Assembly: GCA_965235115.1 (NCBI GenBank)
Contig: OZ249436.1
Span: 1,118,001 to 1,182,000, forward strand
Reading direction: 5' to 3'
Source: Laetmonice hystrix
Taxonomy: Eukaryota
DNA: 64,000 nt
Of this stretch, positions 20,804 through 35,300 are shown piece by piece (within the stretch, counting starts at the first letter, position 1; the number at the start of each line of letters is the position of its first letter). The notes beneath the pieces were generated by a model. That model worked only from the letters and a program-made list of their open reading frames with translations. It was not told the origin of the DNA and did no database searches. Both the position numbers and the translations under genes were made by a program.

Positions 20804-23800
20804 TTTGGCCCAAAGTATTTCTTTGCCACACCCGAACCCTGCCACCTTCGTGTAAATGTGTTGATCCAAGATCGATGATAGCCAAACAGGCTGGGTACGT
20901 CCCCCTCTGTGCGTCACCTAGACGTCGATCGTCTACCTGGGGTTGTGGTGTCACACCAACCAGCGCCTGCTAACGGACCGAACTATAATCTCCCCTGTAC
21001 GGGATGGTATCTCACCTGCCCTGGGATGGCCGTGGTTACACCTTATATACTCATGCAGCAGCAAGTGCCAGAGTTTTGATGGGCGTTCCTAGGCATCCAC
21101 TCATTAGTGAACAAAACAGCCTGATTATGATATGATGGGTAATTCCATCCTTCAATAGAGGTGTTAAGAGTTGGGATGAGAAGGGGTATGAGACAGACCC
21201 TGTATTAGTAAACATCGGCTAATACCATAATAAACACCCTTCAATATCCAACATCCGCCAATACCAATACATACAATATGTATAGTGTAGGCCTACATGT
21301 ATAATATATTTGTTATATTTATATTAAAGTTCTGTTCAACTTCCTGAAGATGTCACTTAACAGAGTAGTTTCTGTCACGTCACGTCTCAAGCGTTGGAGG
21401 AGAGCCCTCCGCTTGAGACGAGCGGCCTAATGGAGCCCGCCCCATAAAATTATTAATGACGCGTGCAACGAAAAGGTCTTACCATATAGATCTACCACCG
21501 ACAATTATAGTTCCAGCGCTGTTCTCTCAAGACCTGGGATATTCTTGTTAACAAAATATTTTATTGAAGGTACACGGTCCTTCACTTTAAAGCAAATTAC
21601 TGTATTATTATACAAGTAGTCCACTATACAGTTTACGGGACGAAGAAACGCTAACCGAGTGATCGGAGACGCTGACGTCGACGCGTCACTCTCACATGGA
21701 TGACGTCACGCACGTCATGACGCACGAGCACGTCACATGGATGGTGGAGTATAAACCACACCATTTTTCACGCCGCCGTCGACGCACAACGCGTAGGGCT
21801 ACATGGATGCCTAGCTTTAGTGTCTGATATTTTGTTGAATGCTAGCTGGAGTGGCTATTCTAGGTCGCAGGCTCCAAACCTGACCCCCCCCCCCCCATTC
21901 CTGCGGCTAGGATCGGCATGGTTAATTTGATGCCAGAACTGATAAGGAAACTATAGTCAAGTCAGTAAATAGGGTGCTGCCACCTACTTCCCGTTTCTGG
22001 ATGTGGTTTCTGAATGTCGTTTCGCAAGGTGTTTTGCCTTTGTGGTATCTGGATGTCGTTTCTGAATGTCGTTTGGCAATGTGGTTTGCCGTTGTGGTTT
22101 CTGTATTTGTTCTCTGAAGGTCCCACCCAAAATCTTGCAAGGTCCAAAAGGGCCAACTTTTGTCTTGGACAATATTTATGCAGTTGTTCATGCAGTTTTA
22201 GTTTTTATTTTTATTTTAGGCCGCTAATCCTTTGTTGAAAAAGGTCCAGAATTCGAAAATGTGCCTCATCCAACATTATGGGCTGGCTACGGGCCTGGGC
22301 ACAGTAATACTTGAACATGCCCTGGGGGCCGTTGCATTAAAACCCCGCTAGTTATGCCATAACGAAGGTTAGCGAACCGCGTTCAGTTAGTGCTAACTGA
22401 TTTCGCACAGTTCTCTACAGTAAACTGACCTCTCAATCTGCTGGGCGCTATTTAATAATACATGTAGCTGGCCGGTGTGGTTTTATTAACGACATACAAA
22501 GGCCAGACTGTATACCGTTCGATCTCATATTGTGAACCCGTTACAGCTGGCTGGTGGGCAGACTACGTTAATTACAGGGGTCTGGTGTGTGTGTCGACAC
22601 CCATATTATCCCCTCAGGCTTATTGTGGTCGGGAGAAAGGCTTCACAGATTACATTATTGTGGAATGGACGAATTATAACTTACATAACTCGATCGGGCG
22701 TGGCGGTATATAAGCCTATAGTAAGGGTATATTAGGGAGCACGGTCAGGATTAAATCCGTCCCCGTCAGGATTAATTCTCAGACCTTTTGAAAACCGCGG
22801 ACTCATCTTACTGTTCATACATGCAGATTAAAGATGCATGGTTACATGAAGTTAGTCAATTAAACGTCAATAGATCAGAGTAGGCCTATAGTCCCTCTAT
22901 AGTGTTAGTATTTAGCGAATAGAGTGTAGGGGATATTATGGCTATAGGTCAAATGTAGGTTTGGTTCTTAGTAGCCCTTTTATTGACGCACGACGTCATG
23001 ACGCACCTCATGACGCACGAGCACATCATTATCGGTAGGCGACACAATATCACGTGACACAAGTCAGCGAATTGTAGACTGGTGTAAACGTCATGAACCC
23101 AGTGGTGGTTGACAGCAACGTGAGAACGCTAGATGGCACCACTGTCTTATTTCAGATCTGGACGGCCTATCTTAACTTATAATTTTATTAAACCGTGTCG
23201 TCGCGCCTAGTTGAATAGGCCCATGCAGATGCCCAGAGGGCCATCACCCTATATGCACGCTGGAGGGAAGCGGTCAATGTAAATCATGGCTTAACTACTG
23301 ATATTTCTCGTTAAACGAACGCAACTCTTAACACACCTTTTCTATTCGGGTTAACAAAAATCCTCTAGCGCATTTAAATAATGTAGAAATTCGTAATGTC
23401 ACGACCGCGGCCGACAGCATGGATGAAGGCACAGTTGACTTAAGCTTGCCGATAGGTGGCACCACCATACCTAGGCGTCTAACTGAGGCGAATCACTACG
23501 TGTTCACCGTATCACCGGTTTCTGCAAGGGTTTGTAAATAATTGAACCCGGTGGTGGTTAAAGCGACCATTTCACTGTTTCAAGAACTGTGTGGTTGCTA
23601 GGTTCATTCACGAGAACGATGAATGAACCTAACAACCAGTCAGCACGGAATAAGTCTCTTGCCAAACGAAAGTAGGAAGAAACCCAATCAGCAGTTCGGA
23701 GCTTCCCTGTTCACCGATAGCAGTAGAGACCAGCAATAAACAGCGATTGTTGAATAACGTAAACTTTCTGTGACATAAAAAAGATCGTTACTGACGAAGG

Positions 23801-25623
23801 GAGAAATAACGACACAACACATTCGGGACGGCGCAAGTGCGTGTCACAAATACTCATTATTATTTGATGACGAGAATTTCTGTCGTTATTGTGCTGAAGA
23901 GGATCGTTATGTACGATCACCTAAAACCTGGTCGTTAACGGAACACCCGTTCCATTCCAGTGGGATTTTGTTGTTTTGGTCCGGTGGAATCAAGATGGTG
24001 CAACCATGGAAGGGTCGGACCTTCTTTCCAAGGACCAATCCTTTGCTACGGTTCGTTATTGTGCTGAAAAGTGTCCTACATGTATTTCAATAGATGATTA
24101 TAATTAATTTGCATTGAATCTCCGAATAACGACAAAAATAGCAACGAAATTTTAATAACGATACGTGAACGAAGAGCTTTCTGAAACGTAACCTACGAGG
24201 TGTCGTTAACCTCCCCGTTAAGTTATCGTTATCTTCGTTGTTATTTAATCGCTGTTTAAGACACAGGCCCTTGCAGGGCCCGTATCAATCGTTTGCTACA
24301 TACCAAGAAAAATCGCAACACATGGCAATGTAAATTCAATCTGTTGGTACGCACCACAGTTTTTGTTACAAGTCCCCAGAACATTATAAATAGGCCTACA
24401 CTCGCGCCCCTGGTGGAGCATGGCGGTACCAGAATTATTTGCGCCACCTATTGGCGAAGAATTGTTAACTCACTCATGCATGCGGAATGCACTGGTTCCC
24501 ATCGTCACCGATGTACCTTACCTTTGAACCCACGTTTCTATACGGTTCCGACCGTCTTTTCTTGTAGTTCTGAATGTGAGCGCCCCCTGGCGTTGAGGCA
24601 TTGACCGAGTACTATATATTGTAGCATACAATTCTTACAAAACCCTCAATCAAACGTTGTCTCAACCTCTGAATCCACGGCCCATCCCAGCACCAGGAAG
24701 GTCAGCTCCCATGTGATGGGGGTAAAAAGTATATAGGCATTGGACTGAAACGATACACTTGGAACACGAGGCGATACGTTCCACTATACGATAAGTATAG
24801 TGGCACACCAATTATTCTATTCGTCAGGTGGCGCCCCAGTTGGCCATGTCGATCGAAGCTATTCTACAAACTCAGGGCCAGGGCAAATTGTGAGTTAGGC
24901 CTATCCTTCAAGCCGATGGCGCCAGAAATGACTACAGAGGAAGGGGAGAGGTGTGGGCCAAGAGGGTGATTGTGGGGGTTTGTATGTTTGGTTTGGACCT
25001 TTTAAACAGAACAAAAGAAGGAATACTTGGTAAGGGGTGGGCCTGAAACCTCCCTAACCCCCACCCCCGGATCTGCCACTGCTGGTCTTAGTGGTGACGG
25101 TTCCAAGTCCTACCTTTCAAAGATCTGGCGTCTGGAGAACACTCTATAACCCATTGAATGCCAATTCCAAGTTAAATGCAATACACGCAGCAACCTCATT
25201 TGTAACGGCACTTCCAGCCGAGAGGGTAACCCTGGTAAAATATGTTAAATAATAACAAAAAAACATTACGAGATCAGCGTCCTCTCCTCATTGCCATCAC
25301 GTGTGCATGTCTTGTCAGCCATTTGATATGCAATTTATTTTTGTTCTGATCCCCACCGACGTACAAAGAAATCCAAGCAGGCATTGTTCATTATGCAGGT
25401 CTTTGTGTTTATTTTGCAGGTCCTTGTGGAACTATTATTCGCCATCAGGGGCGGAGCTAGCATTTTGCAAACTATGGACCACATGGGGATTTAAATTGCG
25501 ACTCTTTCTTTAGACGTTCCAAGCACCAATGTCCTTTTCAAAGAGAACTACAACATTCCTCTCGGAAGACTAGTTGACCTATGGCAGAACTCGTTTATTT
25601 TATTATATACAACATACTGTTAA

Positions 25624-25970
25624 TCTCAATGGGGGGATGATAGCCGCCTGGGGGACCATCTCAGTGGGAGGATGATAGCCCCCTGGGGGACCATCTCAGT
25701 GGGAGGATGATAGCCCCCTGGGGGACCATCTCAGTGGGAGGATGATAGCCCCCTGGGGGACCATCTCAGTGGGAGGATGATGGCCCCCTGGGGGACCATC
25801 TCAGTGGGGGGATGATAGCCGCCTGGGGGACCATCTCAGTGGGAGGATGATAGCCCCCTGGGGGACCATCTCAATGGGAGGATGATAGCCCCCTGGGGGA
25901 CCATCTCAATGGGAGGATGATAGCCCCCTGGGGGACCATCTCAATGGGAGGATGATAGCCCCCTGGGAGA
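25624..25970. repeat. 35-bp x ~10 minisatellite
   Basis: atctcagtgggaggatgatagccccctgggggacc. Confidence 0.95.
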
Positions 25971-26812
25971 CCAACGAAATGACAGGGACATAATAAACGC
26001 TGACAGAGACGCATGCGGAATGCGCCATGGCAAGGGTTTCTCCTTCTGTGGGACCTCCTGATCATCAAAGACAATAAATATAAGTAGGAATGCCAATCAT
26101 ATACAAATATAATATATCAGACAGGAAACCCTGCATGATTTCATCTAGGTCTATAGCTGCAGACTAATATGATACTGTACTGAGGCGAATTTTACCCGTA
26201 CATGTTGGATATGGATAGAAAAAAATGGCTCATTAAAATCTAATGTAAAATAAAAACGTAAAAAACTAGCATTAATCCCGATATAATATATTATTAAAGA
26301 CCTATCCTCTAACGCTAATGTATTTCCGGTGCTTAGTATTGTATAACGAAGTGAAGAAAATTCACATAATCCATCTCAAAATAAGATTAGGGCCTTGATC
26401 TGAGCCTAGGTATTTTTTGATGGAAATGTCTTGGGAAATAACGCGGAACCGTTGATACGGCAAAAAAATTAATCGCTCATTGAACGCCAGTGTCATAATC
26501 ATTACTACCTCATTGACGGCGGGGTTGTATGTTGTGTGTGAACCTTTCAAGCAGGGAAAAAAGAAAAATTACTTCGTGAATTCGCCACCCATTTTAATAG
26601 TGTCCCACTGAGACGTATCTCAGGTGTTGATTCATCCTTTTTACTAAGGAACATAACTCTGTTTTTGTGGGATTGTGCTCTACTCCAAATTCTGCACATC
26701 TCTTGATCATATTTCTTAAAACCTTTTCCATTTGAACGCAACACTTTTATGCCATCTGCATATCTATGAGGGAAGATCAACGTTGCAGTTTTTTTTAACG
26801 GAGAAGCTGTAA

Positions 26813-27540
26813 TAGTGGATGCGTGTACGCTGGCGTAAACACAGCCCCCCACTATATTCCTAACGACCAGTCAGTTAGTCGAGAACTGCCACTATAGTTG
26901 ATGCGTGTACGCCGGGCGTAAACACAGCTCCCGACTACTCCCAACGACCAGTCAGTTAGTCCGGAACTGCCACTCGGCATAGGCCTACTTAAATAGTTGA
27001 CGCGTGTACGCCGGGCGTGAACACAGCTCCCGACTACTCCTAACGACCAGTCAGTTAGTCCGGAACTGCCACTATAGTTGACGCGTGTACGCCGGGCGTA
27101 AACACAGCTCTCGACTACTCCCAACGACAAGTCAGTTAGTCGGGAACTGCCACTCGGCATAGGCCTATTTAAATAGTTGATACGTGTACGCCGGGCGTAA
27201 ACACAGCTCCCGACTACTCCCAACGACCAGTCAGTTAGTCGGGAACTGCCACTCGGCATAGGCCTACTTAAATAGTTGATACGTGTACGCCGGGCATAAA
27301 CACAGCCCCCGACAAATCCCAACGACCAGCCAGTTAGTCCGGAACTGCCACTCGGCATAGGCCTACTTAAATAGTTGACGCGTGTACGCCGGGCGTAAAC
27401 ACAGCTCCCGACTACTCCCAACGACCGGTCAGTTAGCCGGGAACTGCCACTATGGTTGATGCGTGTACGCCGGGCGTAAACACAGCTCCCGGCTACTCCC
27501 AACGACCAGTCAGTTAGTCGGGAACTGCCACTTGGCATAC
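26813..27540. repeat. 81/99-bp tandem array (~8 units)
   Basis: tagttgacgcgtgtacgccgggcgtaaacacagctcccg... with an optional 18-bp block. Confidence 0.93.
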
Positions 27541-28333
27541 TTAAATCTCCCCAAAAGAAATCAAATAATATTACTGTGGCCGACATCTGCGAGCCGAGGA
27601 TCTATATCGACGAACCGAGTAGCAACATCTGACCCGAGTAGCGAAATCTGTGACCCGAGGATCGAAATCCTCCAGCTGAGAATGTTTGTACTTTTCGTAC
27701 ACAGTATGATATAGATACCGTTGCTCAGGCATACGTCCACAGCGAAACATAACCCGGTCAAAAGGGATAAGTCTGGCAGAATGCCCGTCAGACCTAGGCA
27801 TGCAAGTATGCAGGCCCATTGGATGCAGGTCCTCTTTATGGAAAACTACATTTTGATTAAGGAGAAACAAAAAATATTGATTAGGGTTAGCGCTGTGAAG
27901 ATATGCCTAATATCGAACATAGGCCTACTATGATATCAAGGACTATCCAACCCAAGGGATTCAAGTCAATGGGACCTTCATTGGGGGCTTCTATTCCAGT
28001 GAGAATTGGTAATCTGTTAGGCTACACCGGTCTTACATGAATGGAAGATTCCTGTTTTAACAAACTCAGCCCGTTGAGATGTCTTCTGTTTCATTACCGT
28101 GATTTGTACCAGCTTGTTACCCGGAACAAGAGCTGGTGGTATACTAATTACACCTTATCTCATTCCCTCTTCTGCATGCGCATTTAATCTTAATTCCCTC
28201 TTTCAATTAGTGTTGGGTTTTAGAACGCGGAAACAACTCGAGTTAGTTACAGCAACTGCTGCGATTCCATTCTTGACAGCGGATGAAACTGGCTCGCGAG
28301 TCGAGTCACGAAGAATACTGGAATACTGGTATT

Positions 28334-30339
28334 CAGGGCCGTAGCCTGAAGGGGGTCAAGGGGGGGCAACTGCCCCCCTAGGATTTCCAGTTAAAAAAAA
28401 TTGGGCCTCATATTGACACCTGGGGTGCGTTTGACTATGCCCGAAAGACGTCTTTGAACTGGTCGCTGAGCCAAAGAGGTCTTTGCGGCGGCGGCTGTTT
28501 CAGTTAAGTCAGGATGGACAGGACAAACATCTTTTAGACAAATTCACCGTCATATCTTTGTCAGGTATCTCACCTGACCTGTTTGAACTTTCACTTCTCT
28601 CCGTGTCAGGATCTACTGACCATAACCCCCACCACGCCGCCACCCAAAATGCAGCATACTTTAAAGGAACTCCTTTTATTTTCAACCGTTTGGCTAATTC
28701 TATTGGGCAATAAATGGGCACGAGTGGTTGTGTTCTATTGACCTTCCGTGTGAAGTCCAGTTTTACCGTGGCCAGCGCGAGTCTGAGGTGTTCAGCTGGG
28801 GCAAGCTTCTAAAGGCATTGTCGTCTGCCGTTCTGCAAGAGATTGATTAAAAAATATGGCATTTCGTAAAACAAGTTAGGTGATCCTTTCTTTCATGGGA
28901 TTTAGAAACGATACACTTGTGCCACGATACGATACGTATCACGATACAACAAACGATACGACATATCTCACGATAGTTTCCCAGTTGTATAGTATACTTG
29001 AGTTATGCTTAGACTGCCACAGAGAATCGGGACTCAGAAGCTTGGGTCAAAATACTGTGTAATGTATTGTGAGTTATTCCAGCGACCGATTGCACCTGGG
29101 ATGATCACGGAGGAATCAAGTTCTGGGACTAGAGTGTCTCAGGACACTTTTTATTATCATTTGTATCGAGCTGAAAGTAACTAAAAATTCAGAGTACTAA
29201 AAAAAGGGGAACTGATCCTAGAGACTTGGTCCAAATCCTATACCGTTCGAAGATCTGGCGTCTGGAGAACACACGATAGCCCATTGAGAGTCAACTGATT
29301 TGGAACCTTGCCGCAGATTGAGCCCACTGACGGGGTACGGGTTGTATTGCTACATCCCTTTAGAAGAGTTGTGTCACACTTATCGCCGAGTTACACCCTC
29401 ACCTCTCCAAGTGGACACACACCAACCGAGCCGAACTCTTCGTACTGTCAGGTTTTCAACAGCGTCTGTTTCCAGACTACGACCGAACGTGGAGACCGGC
29501 GCCTCGCTGTTCCCTACATTACTACAGTGGTGGTAATTGCTTTATATATCCCCCTCCAGGTCGAGGACCACAGAAAGGGTGTGCACATACACTCAACGTT
29601 ATGTTAGGATAAAAACAGAGTTCCGGCAAAATTAGAAGTATTCAACTACTACAGGTCTTAGGTAAAGATTAAAAGCAAATATTGATAGATATTTTACGTC
29701 TGTAAAATTTGTTTTAGTGAACATAAACAGATACATTTGTGTATTTTGAAAACTACCCAGCAAAATTGCGACGTGAGCGCCCTCTCTAATCACGTGAGCA
29801 TGTCTTGATGCCTATTTGATATGCAAATTGCCAGTCGCAGGGACAGACTATTATTAGACGCTCTATTGTTTGGGTCTGTTGTTTTGCGACTCACTGACGT
29901 GTGAAGAAATGTCAGTAGCCTTTGCCTGCATGAAACATCGAGCAGGCCTATGTGGATCTGTACGTATATTTAGCCCTCAGGTGTGAAGCTTGCTTTTAGG
30001 AAAGTATGGGCGCAGTGAAATACCTGCAACCACCAGAGCTGCAACGCCATGCTACAGGGTCGGGTACATACTCTCCCATCCAAAAGAAATTGAAAGAAAA
30101 GTTCATTTCCCTACATTCTAATGTACAATGTACAATTACCTGGTGTCGAAATATCACATGTGGCCGTAGCCTGCGGGGGGGGGGGGCAAGGGGGGCAACT
30201 GCCCCCTGGGATTTCCATTTTTTGTAACCCAGACTCCCAGCTCGACCGGCGCCAATGTCGCGCTGTCACGCGTTAGGCTATCTGGTTAATGTTCATAGGA
30301 CACTGCCCCCCTGGGATTTTTGGGCAGGCTACGGCCCTG
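28334..30339. mobile_element. ~2-kb non-autonomous TIR element
   Basis: gtatt|cagggccgtagcctg ... caggctacggccctg|gtatt: 15-bp TIR with flanking direct repeat. Confidence 0.7.
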
Positions 30340-33300
30340 GTATTCTAACTCTGTTTTTACCGTGAATATTTTCTGAGATGCCGACATGGCGTAAAACCAC
30401 CATTCCTCACTCACTCTCACTTTCAGCAGTCTGTGGTGGTAGGCCTATTTCAGTTGTCCGCAGAGCTAGAATAAAACGTTTTAATATGTCCAGTCATGGA
30501 ACCTATTTTACCCCTGTTTCCCAGGGGAATGATGAGAAGGATGAAGGCAATCCCCCACTTTTTTCGAAAAATGTAGGATATGAAAGTAGTCCATTTTTGT
30601 GACGTCATACCGCAACGCCTCCTATGAAGGACTGAGGTGGAGATGTCAACAAAGCGACGCGGCAGCAAGAGTTCAGTGGCGAGACACGAGCTTTGATGCA
30701 CAGCTGTTGACACGAACGTAATTACCGAAATAATTTCGAATTTGGTATTAAAGAAACAAGAAAATGCGACAAAACTCATGCCCGGGCAGATTCGGTCGCA
30801 ATTCCCACAATTTATTGCCGCACAGAAACCACCGAGCCACCCTGCAGTTGTCAACGCGGCCGTCTCAGCGTCACAAAGAGGGCGCTGCGGTATTCTGCTT
30901 CACCGTTATAAAAGCCTATAGGATGCATAAACACTGAATCAGGACTGAATACTGAACATAAGGTACCAGCGGTCGATTACAGGACTGAATACTGAACATC
31001 AGCAGTGCCAGCGGTCGATTACAGGACTGAATACTGAACATCAGCAGTGCTAGCGGTCGATTACACGACTGAATACTGAACATCAGCAGTGCTAGCGGTC
31101 GATTACAGGACTGAATACTGAACCTCAGCAGTAAGCGGTCGATTACAGGACTGAATACTGAACCTCAGCAGTGCTAGCGGTCGATTACAGGACTGAATAC
31201 TGAACATCAGCAGTGCCAGCGGTCGATTACAGGACTGAATACTGAACATAAGGTACCAGCGGTCGATTACAGGACTGAATACTGAACATAAGGTACCAGC
31301 GGTCGATTACAGGACTGAATACTAAACATCAGCAGTGCCAGCGGTCGATTACAGGACTGAATACTGAACATAAGGTACCAGCGGTCGATTACAGGACTGA
31401 ATACTGAACATCAGCAGTGCCAGCGGTCGATTACATGACTGAATACTGAACATCAGCAGTGCTAGCGGTCGATTACAGGACTGAATACTGAACATCAGCA
31501 GTGCCAGCGGTCGATTACAGGACTGAATACTGAACATCAGCAGTGCTAGCGGTCGATTACAGGACTGAATACTGAACATCAGCAGTGCTAGCGGTCGATT
31601 ACAGGACTGAATACTGAACATCAGCAGTGCCAGCGGTCGATTACATGACTGAATACTGAACATCAGCAGTGCCAGCGGTCGATTACAGGACTGAATACTG
31701 AACATCAGCAGTGCCAGCGGTCGATTACAGGACTACTGAACATCAGCAGTGCCAGCGGTCGATTACAGGATTGAATACTGAACATCAGCAGTGCCAGCGG
31801 TCGATTACAGGACTGAATACTGAACCTCAGCAGTGCTAGCGGTCGATTACAGGACTGAATACTAAACATCAGCAGTGCCAGCGGTCGATTACAGGACTGA
31901 ATACTGAACATCAGCAGTGCTAGCGGTCGATTACAGGACTGAATACTGAACATCAGCAGTGCCAGCGGTCGATTACAGGACTGAATACTGGGCAAGGGGG
32001 GCAACTGCCCCCTGGGATTTCCATTTTTTGTAACCCAGACTCCCAGCTCGACCGGCGCCAATGTCGCGCTGTCACGCGTTAGGCCTATCTGGTTAATGTT
32101 CATAGGACACTGCCCCCCTGGGATTTTTGGGCAGGCTACGGCCCTGGTATTCTAACTCTGTTTTTACCGTGAATATTTTCTGAGATGCCGACATGGCGTA
32201 AAACCACCATTCCTCACTCACTCTCACTTTCAGCAGTCTGTGGTGGTAGGCCTATTTCAGTTGTCCGCAGAGCTAGAATAAAACGTTTTAATATGTCCAG
32301 TCATGGAACCTATTTTACCCCTGTTTCCCAGGGGAATGATGAGAAGGATGAAGGCAATCCCCCACTTTTTTCGAAAAATGTAGGATATGAAAGTAGTCCA
32401 TTTTTGTGACGTCATACCGCAACGCCTCCTATGAAGGACTGAGGTGGAGATGTCAACAAAGCGACGCGGCAGCAAGAGTTCAGTGGCGAGACACGAGCTT
32501 TGATGCACAGCTGTTGACACGAACGTAATTACCGAAATAATTTCGAATTTGGTATTAAAGAAACAAGAAAATGCGACAAAACTCATGCCCGGGCAGATTC
32601 GGTCGCAATTCCCACAATTTATTGCCGCACAGAAACCACCGAGCCACCCTGCAGTTGTCAACGCGGCCGTCTCAGCGTCACAAAGAGGGCGCTGCGGTAT
32701 TCTGCTTCACCGTTATAAAAGCCTATAGGATGCATAAACACTGAATCAGGACTGAATACTGAACATAAGGTACCAGCGGTCGATTACAGGACTGAATACT
32801 GAACATCAGCAGTGCCAGCGGTCGATTACAGGACTGAATACTGAACATCAGCAGTGGTACTAGCGGTCGATTACAGGACTGAATACTGAACATCAGCAGT
32901 GCTAGCGGTCGATTACACGACTGAATACTGAACATCAGCAGTGCTAGCGGTCGATTACAGGACTGAATACTGAACCTCAGCAGTGCCAGCGGTCGATTAC
33001 AGGACTGAATACTGAACATCAGCAGTGCTAGCGGTCGATTACAGGACTGAATACTGAACATCAGCAGTGCCAGCGGTCGATTACAGGACTGAATACTGAA
33101 CATAAGGTACCAGCGGTCGATTACAGGACTGAATACTGAACATAAGGTACCAGCGGTCGATTACAGGACTGAATACTAAACATCAGCAGTGCCAGCGGTC
33201 GATTACAGGACTGAATACTGAACATAAGGTACCAGCGGTCGATTACAGGACTGAATACTGAACATCAGCAGTGCCAGCGGTCGATTACATGACTGAATAC

Positions 33301-33990
33301 TGAACATCAGCAGTGCTAGCGGTCGATTACAGGACTGAATACTGAACATCAGCAGTGCCAGCGGTCGATTACAGGACTGAATACTGAACATCAGCAGTGC
33401 CAGCGGTCGATTACATGACTGAATACTGAACATCAGCAGTGCCAGCGGTCGATTACAGGACTGAATACTGAACATCAGCAGTGCCAGCGGTCGATTACAG
33501 GACTGAATACTGAACATCAGCAGTGCCAGCGGTCGATTACAGGACTACTGAACATCAGCAGTGCCAGCGGTCGATTACAGGACTACTGAACATCAGCAGT
33601 GCCAGCGGTCGATTACAGGATTGAATACTGAACATCAGCAGTGCCAGCGGTCGATTACAGGACTGAATACTGAACCTCAGCAGTGCTAGCGGTCGATTAC
33701 AGGACTGAATACTGAACATCAGGAGTGCCAGCGGTCGATTACAGGACTACTGAACATCAGCAGTGCCAGCGGTCGATTACAGGATTGAATACTGAACATC
33801 AGCAGTGCCAGCGGTCGATTACAGGACTGAATACTGAACCTCAGCAGTGCTAGCGGTCGATTACAGGACTGAATACTAAACATCAGCAGTGCCAGCGGTC
33901 GATTACAGGACTGAATACTGAACATCAGCAGTGCTAGCGGTCGATTACAGGACTGAATACTGAACATCAGCAGTGCCAGCGGTCGATTAC
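30184..33990. repeat. ~1.8-kb tandem segmental duplication (30184-31989 vs 31990-~33990)
   Basis: ~760 bp of unique sequence nearly identical at offset 1806/1807; identical ORFs at 30378/32185 and 30450/32257. Confidence 0.92.
30940..31989. repeat. 42-bp satellite, block 1
   Basis: cagcggtcgattacaggactgaatactgaacatcagcagtgc with 38-bp variants. Confidence 0.97.
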
Positions 33991-34601
33991 AGGACTGAAT
34001 ACTGAACATCAGCAGTACCAGCGGTCGATTACAGGACTACTGAACATCAGCAGTGCTAGCGGTCGATTACAGGACTGAATACTGAACATCAGCAGTGCCA
34101 GCGGTCGATTACAGGACTGAATACTGAACATCAGCAGTGCCAGCGGTCGATTACAGGACTACTGAACATCAGCAGTGCTAGCGGTCGATTACAGGACTGA
34201 ATACTAAACATCAGCAGCAGTGCTAGCGGTCGATTACAGGACTACTGAACATCAGCAGTGCTAGCGGTCGATTACAGGACTGAATACTAAACATCAGCAG
34301 TGCCAGCGGTCGATTACAGGACTGAATACTGAACATCAGCAGTGCCAGCGGTCGATTACATGACTGAATACTAAACATCAGCAGTGCCAGCGGTCGATTA
34401 CAGGACTGAATACTGAACATCAGCAGTGCTAGCGGTCGATTACAGGACTGAATACTAAACACCAGCAGTGCCAGCGGTCGATTACAGGACTACTAAACAT
34501 CAGCAGTGCCAGCGGTCGATTACAGGACTACTAAACATCAGCAGTGCCAGCGGTCGATTACAGGACTGAATACTAAACATCAGCAGTGCTAGCGGTCGAT
34601 T
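32747..34601. repeat. 42-bp satellite, block 2
   Basis: Same unit as block 1, longer array. Confidence 0.97.
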
Positions 34602-34629
34602 AATAAAAGGAAGTAATCAAGTTGCAATA

Positions 34630-35300
34630 TGTAAGAACAGTTTCTCTAAACCTCGTGCAGGAACAACGACATTGAGCACCGCCAATTTATAAAAACGAGC
34701 TTCAATCTCTCGGCAATCCTGTACGCTCTTATAGATGTCTGAAATAAATAAATAAATGCCATCAGTTGGAAGCGGCTCACGTTATGTTTGTAGACACCAC
34801 AGTGTGTTTGGTTGGGCATGATTCCTTGCAACTTTTATATATGTGCATCTAATGAAGGTATGGGAAAGCGTACATTAATAGACCAGCACGACCATTGGAA
34901 CCCAACAGTCTCGAGAGGAAAATAACGTCATTCTTGACAATGGAATCTTTAAGTTGAGCATGATATTATTTTTCTTGGTTGAAGCAGCAGACTGCATGTA
35001 GAGGAGAGGTCTATGATATCTTTAGTTGTGGGAAAAGCAAAGATCTGTGGAGATAAAATTTCTTTTCCTATTTCTTTACGTCAATAAAAATACACGACTT
35101 CAGGATGAACAAACAGTTAAGTTCATTTCGGGAGAACATGACAAAACCGATTCGGCATTCATCAGTCTATCTCTATTCAGGCAGTAATTTACTTTAGTTC
35201 TTTGCTTTCATTCCAAAGCACTTTATTAACAACACCTCAGGCGAGGATGTGTTGCACGAAAATGCGCTTTATTTTGAAGTGTCTGCCTGCAACGTTTCCT
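34630..35300 (-). pseudogene. Probable degraded 3' end of an L1/Tx1-like LINE ORF2
   Basis: Broken minus-strand peptides TLSHTFIRCTYIK and VYKHNVSRFQLMAFIYLFQTSIRAYRIAERLKLVFINW resemble the Zn-knuckle/C-terminus of L1/Tx1 ORF2 (by-eye similarity only). Confidence 0.4.

Noticed and set aside
21042..21049. TATA box (TATATAAG, minus strand) ~240 bp upstream of the ATG
   Set aside because: No TSS evidence, and a nearby donor-like CAG|GTGAGA suggests possible further 5' UTR exons
30378..30854. Duplicated ORFs (74 and 134 aa) as genes
   Set aside because: Their identity reflects the DNA duplication; no recognisable domain or exon chain
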